Assembly: GCF_000372725.1 (NCBI RefSeq)
Contig: NW_005201231.1
Location: 244,679-295,018 of the forward strand
Reading direction: 5' to 3'
From: Emiliania huxleyi CCMP1516
Lineage: Eukaryota
DNA: 50,340 nucleotides
Made by a program: the position numbers and the translations under genes. Numbering within the stretch: position 1 is the first letter of the stretch; each line of letters begins with the position of its first letter. Shown one piece after another: positions 45,552 through 50,340 of this stretch. The notes beneath the pieces are model-generated. The model made no database searches and was not told the origin of the DNA. It saw nothing but the letters and a program-made list of their open reading frames with translations.

Positions 45552-48500
45552 ATGACCAAGGAGAAGCTCCGCGCCAACCTGCGTGGCCTCAAGGCCAGGG
45601 TCATCGACACGTCGGCGCTCATCGCGCGCCACGTCGAGCTCAAGGCGCAGCTTGAGGCGGCAGTCGCCGAGCGGCGCCGCATGGGCGAGGAGAAGGCGGC
45701 GGCGGAGAGCACGGCGGCGCTGCGCTCGGCGGCGGAGGCCGCGGTCAAGCAGCAGCTCGAGGCGGCGCGCGGCGAGGTGCAGCAGCACAAGACGGAGAGC
45801 GCGCGGCTGCGCACGCGCCTCTCCGACCTCGAGGCGGTGCTGCTGAGCGAGCGCTCGGCGGCGTCGAGCGCGTCGCAGGCGGCGGTGAAGGTCTCGCTGG
45901 CGGAGCAGGGCGCCACGACGCGCGAGGCCGCCGTGCTCGAGAGGGCGCGAGAGCCGAGGCGGCCAGGACGCGCAGCGCGCTCGGACGGACGTTCTCGGAC
46001 CCTTCTTCTAGGAGCGGGAGCTCGAGGCGGCGATCGCCGAGGCGCAGGCGGAGCGAGAGGAGGCGGCCAAGCAGCGGCGCGAGGCGGCGGAGGAGCGAGC
46101 CACCTTCCAGACGACGATCGCCGCCGTGGAGCGCCGCGCGCAAGCCTAGATGCTTCCTATCTCGGCCTATCTCGGCCAGATCTCCCCACACCTCCCCAAA
46201 TCTCCCCAAATCTCGCCGTGCGCGACGGCGTGGCGCTCGAGAGGTCACGGACTCTTAGACCCTCGCACTCCCGTCTTGACTTGGCCACTCACAAGGCGCA
46301 GGCGCCAGAGCAGCGGCGGAGGAGAGCAGCCGCGCCGGCGCTGCTGCCAACCTCGCTCGGGGTCTGCTCACACCTTCAGCTGTGAACAGGAGAGCAGCCG
46401 CGCGAGGGCGGCGCTCGAGGAGGCGGTGGCGAAGGCGCGGAGCGAAGGGGTGGAGGAGGGCAGGGCGGCGATGCAGACGTGCCGCGACGCGACGGCGGAG
46501 GCCGAGGCGCGGGCGGCGCGCGCAGCGGCGGCGGCGGAGGCGCTGCAAGCTCGGGTGGCGGAGCTGGAGGCGGCGAGGGAGGAGCCGCAGGCGGCGAGGG
46601 AGGAGGAGGGCGGCGCGGTGGGCGGCGGCCCATCCCTGATTGGAGCTCACCCACTGCGCATGGGGGCGGCGGTGGCGGTCGCTCTCGGCGCGGCCGTGAA
46701 GAGTCCGCCCGGCTGCGCCTTCGCCGTCGACGCCCCTTCGCCGCCGTGCCGCGGCCGGGGAAGCAGCGCGCAAGCTTCGCCCGCCTCATTGGGCCGGGGA
46801 AGCAGCGCGCAAGCTTCGCCCGCCTCCCGCGGCCGCCCGCCGCCAGCGTCGCTGTCCGAGTCGGCGCAGCGGGGGGCGCGGGCGGTGCGCATGGCACGAG
46901 ATCGGCGCAGATCAGGCGAGATGAGCCGAGCATAGGCTGCGCAGCTTGGGCGCGGGCTGGCGCACGAGCTGCCGTCTCCAGCCCGCTGCAGCTCGCGCTT
47001 CTCTCCCGCTCGCTGCGCCTCGCAGGCCTCTCCTGCCTGCGACGGCCAAAGGAGCGGTCAGCCGTCTCCAGCACGCAGAGCAGAGCCGCCACCGGCCCGC
47101 GTGAGTGTGAGGAGCGGGGGCTGCAGCGCGCAGCCGTCGCCAGCAGCTAAGTCGCCAGCAGCGGCTAAGTCGCCAGCGGCTAGGTCGCCAGCAGCTAAGT
47201 CGCCAGTAGCGGCTAAGTCCCCAGCGGCTAGGTCGCCAGCGGCGAAGTCGCCATCGGGTAGGTCGGCGGCGGTTCCGTCGCCAGCTGCGCCTTGCGAGCC
47301 GGGCGCGGCATCGTGGGACGAGCTTGACGACGAGGATTGGGAGGAGGGGCCTGCGGCGCCAGACTTGCCTGACCTGCTCCCGGACCCGCTGCCAGAGCGA
47401 GCCGCTTCGCCGCCATGGCCGGCTGCGACAGAGGAGGCGGAGGAGGCGGAGGAGGCGAGGGAGGAGGCGGAGGAGGCGAGGGAGGAGGCGGAGGAGGCGA
47501 GGGAGGAGGCGGAGGAGGCGAGGGAGGAGGCGGAGGAAGCGAGGGAGGAGGCGGAGGAGGCGGAGGAGGCGAGGGGGGAGGCGGAGGAGGCGAGGGAGGA
47601 GGAGAGGGAGGAGGCGAGGGAGGAGGCGCAGAGGGAGGTTTCCGGTGTCGCCGAGTCGCGTCGCTGTGCTCCCGCCGCTGCTACTGCTGCTGCACTTTCC
47701 GCCGCTACTGCTACTGCTGCTCCTGCTGCTGCCGCAGCGGCTGCGACCGGCACCGGCGCCGGCGCCGGTAAGCGAGCCTCTGGCCGGCGCAGCGTCGGCA
47801 GCCCCGTGGCGGGCCCAAACCCGAAGCGGAGGAGGCATCAAAAGGAGCGGTCTGCCGCCCCGCCGGCACGGGCCACGCGAGGCGGCGCGGCGGCCGCGGC
47901 CGCGGTGAGGACGACCACCGGCAGTGCGGCTTTCCCAACGCTGGAGGGTCGGGGGCTTGGGCTTGCCGCCGCGGCGGCGGCGCCCTCAGCCGCCGCGCTT
48001 GCGCCTGCTGCCGCCGCCGCGGCGCCCGCTGCTGCTGCCCCGGCGCGTGTTGCTGCTGCGGCGAGGCCCCTCGGACGACGCAGCGTTGTGCACCAGCCAA
48101 GCGCGGCCGCGGCGGCCGCCGCTACCGCGGCGGCGAGAGGCTTCGGAGCGGAGAGCGTTGGTGCAGGTGCTTCCACCTCTCTCTACGTGCTGCCGGCCCC
48201 GCCCAAGCCGAAAGGACGGGCCAGTCGTTCGCGGGGGCCTCCAGCTGCTGGGACATCGGCATCCGCTGCTGCTGGGACATCGGCATCTGCTGCTGCTGGG
48301 ACATCGGCATCTGCTGCTGCTGGGACATCGGCATCCGCTGCTGCTGGGACATCGGCATCCGCTGCTGCTGGGACATCGGCATCTGCTGCTGCTGAGACGG
48401 CATCCGCTGCTTCCGATCCTCCCGCCAGCAGCAGCGGATGCGCCTCACCGGCGAGCCGCGGCGGTGCGGCGGCCTTGCCGTCCTCCAAGCGGCCGCGGCA

Positions 48501-48552
48501 GTGCAAGGCGGCGAGCCCCGCCTGCGCGTCTGCTGCCCCGCCATACCCGTGA
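45552..48552 (+). CDS. Multi-exon coiled-coil / low-complexity protein (AAKSP, EEAREEA, AAAGTSAS repeats); structure unresolved
   Basis: Successive plus-strand ORFs with helical composition, separated by intron-like segments; coding minisatellites at ~47140-47255, 47431-47630 and 48244-48410. Confidence 0.5.
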
Positions 48553-48958
48553 ACGGCGTCTCTTCACACCTCGGGCTGTGAATAGGCGAGCCCCGCCTCC
48601 GCGTCTGCAGCCGCCGCGTCGAGTCGCAGCGGCGGCGGCGGCGGCGGCGGAGGCGGAGGTGGAGGCGGTGGCGGCGGCGGAGGCGGAGGCGGTGGCTGCT
48701 AGCAGTTTGCTGCCTCCTCTTGATTGTTAACTCCACCCCGCGTGCATGTGAGCGGGTAGGCGGTGGGAGCAAGGCAGCTCGGCCGCGCTGCGGCAGTCCT
48801 CTCCCCTCATTCGTCGAGTCGCTCGAGGCGCGGCCTCTAGATGAGGGGGGAGGGGGGGAGGGGGGGCGGGAGGAGGGGCGGCAGCAAGCTCCCGGTGGCA
48901 AATACTCGCCATACAGTCCAAGATGGACGCTCGCGTCCCCGGGCGTGCTCTGGTGTGT

Positions 48959-49268
48959 NNNNNNNNNNNNNNNNNNNNNNNNNNNNNNNNNNNNNNNNNN
49001 NNNNNNNNNNNNNNNNNNNNNNNNNNNNNNNNNNNNNNNNNNNNNNNNNNNNNNNNNNNNNNNNNNNNNNNNNNNNNNNNNNNNNNNNNNNNNNNNNNNN
49101 NNNNNNNNNNNNNNNNNNNNNNNNNNNNNNNNNNNNNNNNNNNNNNNNNNNNNNNNNNNNNNNNNNNNNNNNNNNNNNNNNNNNNNNNNNNNNNNNNNNN
49201 NNNNNNNNNNNNNNNNNNNNNNNNNNNNNNNNNNNNNNNNNNNNNNNNNNNNNNNNNNNNNNNNNNNN
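48959..49268. other. Assembly gap (N run)
   Basis: 310 N bases. Confidence 1.
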
Positions 49269-49806
49269 GGTCTGTGGCGGGGAGGGGCGGGAGGGGCGGG
49301 AGGGGCGGGAGGGCGGCGACGGCGGGGTCGGCAGTGGCTGCGGTAGCAGCGGCGGCGGCGGCGACAGAGGCGGCGGTGGCGGCAGCAGCGGCGGCGGCGG
49401 TGTCTGCGCCTCCCGCGCCGCGTGGTGGGATTCGCTCCTCCATTTCCTCGGGGGGCGGCTGGTTGTAATTGGGGTTGCGGCTGCTGCTGCGGCGACGCCG
49501 CCAGGCCGTTGGGCATTTACCCCGGGGGAGGAGGAGGAGGAGCAGCCGCCGCCTCTGCGGCCGCCGCCGGGCGGGTGCCTGGGGGGAAGCCTCGGGCATT
49601 TTTTGGCCGTTTTTTGCCGCTTCGGGCGGGAGACTTGCGATCCACAGCCCTTTTTTTGCCCTTTTTTTATCCTCGGGGCACAGCCGTTTTCCACTCCCCC
49701 CCCCCCCCCCGTCCCGGCCCGCGCCCCGCTTTGCATGAGCCTTCTTTGTTTTGGTCACCGGTTGCGCTGTTGTGCAGGTGTGCGAGCTTTCCCGCGTGAT
49801 CGTCCT

Positions 49807-49882
49807 CTCCCCATATCTCCCCATATCTCCCCATATCTCCCCACATCTCCCCATGTCTCCCCATATCTCCCCATATCTCCCC
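49807..49882 (+). repeat. (ATCTCCCCAT)n minisatellite ending at a CAG acceptor
   Basis: Same unit as in the polymerase introns. Confidence 0.9.
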
Positions 49883-50340
49883 GCAGGTCGGAGCCCTCCC
49901 GCGTTGTTGTCCTCGCCGCCGACGTTTGCCGCTACGCCTCTCCGACGCGCCTCGCCTCGGCCGCATCGCCCGCCGCCGTGATCGCGGCGCTGGCGGCGGC
50001 GCCGCTTGAGCCGCCGCGGCGGCCGGAAGGCTCCCTGCCCCGTCCCGGAAGCTTCTCGGAAGTTTCTTGCCGTAGGCCTGGCCGGAGCCGCTGCGGTTCG
50101 ACGCGCCGCGCGCCGGCGCGCGCCTCGCCCCGTCGCTAGCGGCGGCGGATGCGTGGGCGGAGGCGGGGGGGCCCTAGAAGCGGAAGCGCAGCTCCTGTAT
50201 TCCAGCGAAAGCTCGAGAGGACACGCACTCCGCGGCGTCGAGGCTGTACTCGCAGCCCGTGGGCTCGCGCGGTGATCTGGGTATACGCTGCACACACCCT
50301 TCCGTATGCCCGCCTGGTGTTGGTGTGTCCCGCACGGAGG

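Noticed and set aside
48122..50295. Long ORFs spanning the N run
   Set aside because: Artefacts of translating through the assembly gap and low-complexity sequence.

Overview
Eukaryotic, very GC-rich, intron- and repeat-dense genomic DNA. It is most consistent with a haptophyte of the Emiliania/Gephyrocapsa huxleyi type; this is inferred from the predominant GC-AG introns and intronic (ATCTCCCCAT)n repeats, not verified. Genes supported by motifs: MOSC-domain protein; histone H2B with a 3' stem-loop; a 15-intron family A DNA polymerase (Pol theta/nu-like, probable N-terminal HMG box) followed by an ATP-dependent DNA ligase with an R3H-like domain; a frameshifted FkbM-type methyltransferase; a mis-assembled amidase. 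At 28-43 kb lies a block of repeat/effector genes: F-box-ankyrin, HET-domain protein, two intronless F-box-RCC1 paralogs and ankyrin-kinase-RING. Mobile DNA: a TTAA-flanked piggyBac-like element, a TIR element built from TAACCC hexamers with a 6-bp TSD, and several 5'-truncated retroposons with microsatellite tails and TSDs. Main observations: (1) most introns are ~67-80-nt modules (or multiples) made of duplicated exon sequence plus a filler, and fillers are shared between unrelated genes, suggesting an active intron-generating process; (2) RCC1 and ankyrin repeats have near-identical scaffolds with hypervariable surface positions, suggesting diversifying receptors. All splice junctions are predicted from sequence only.
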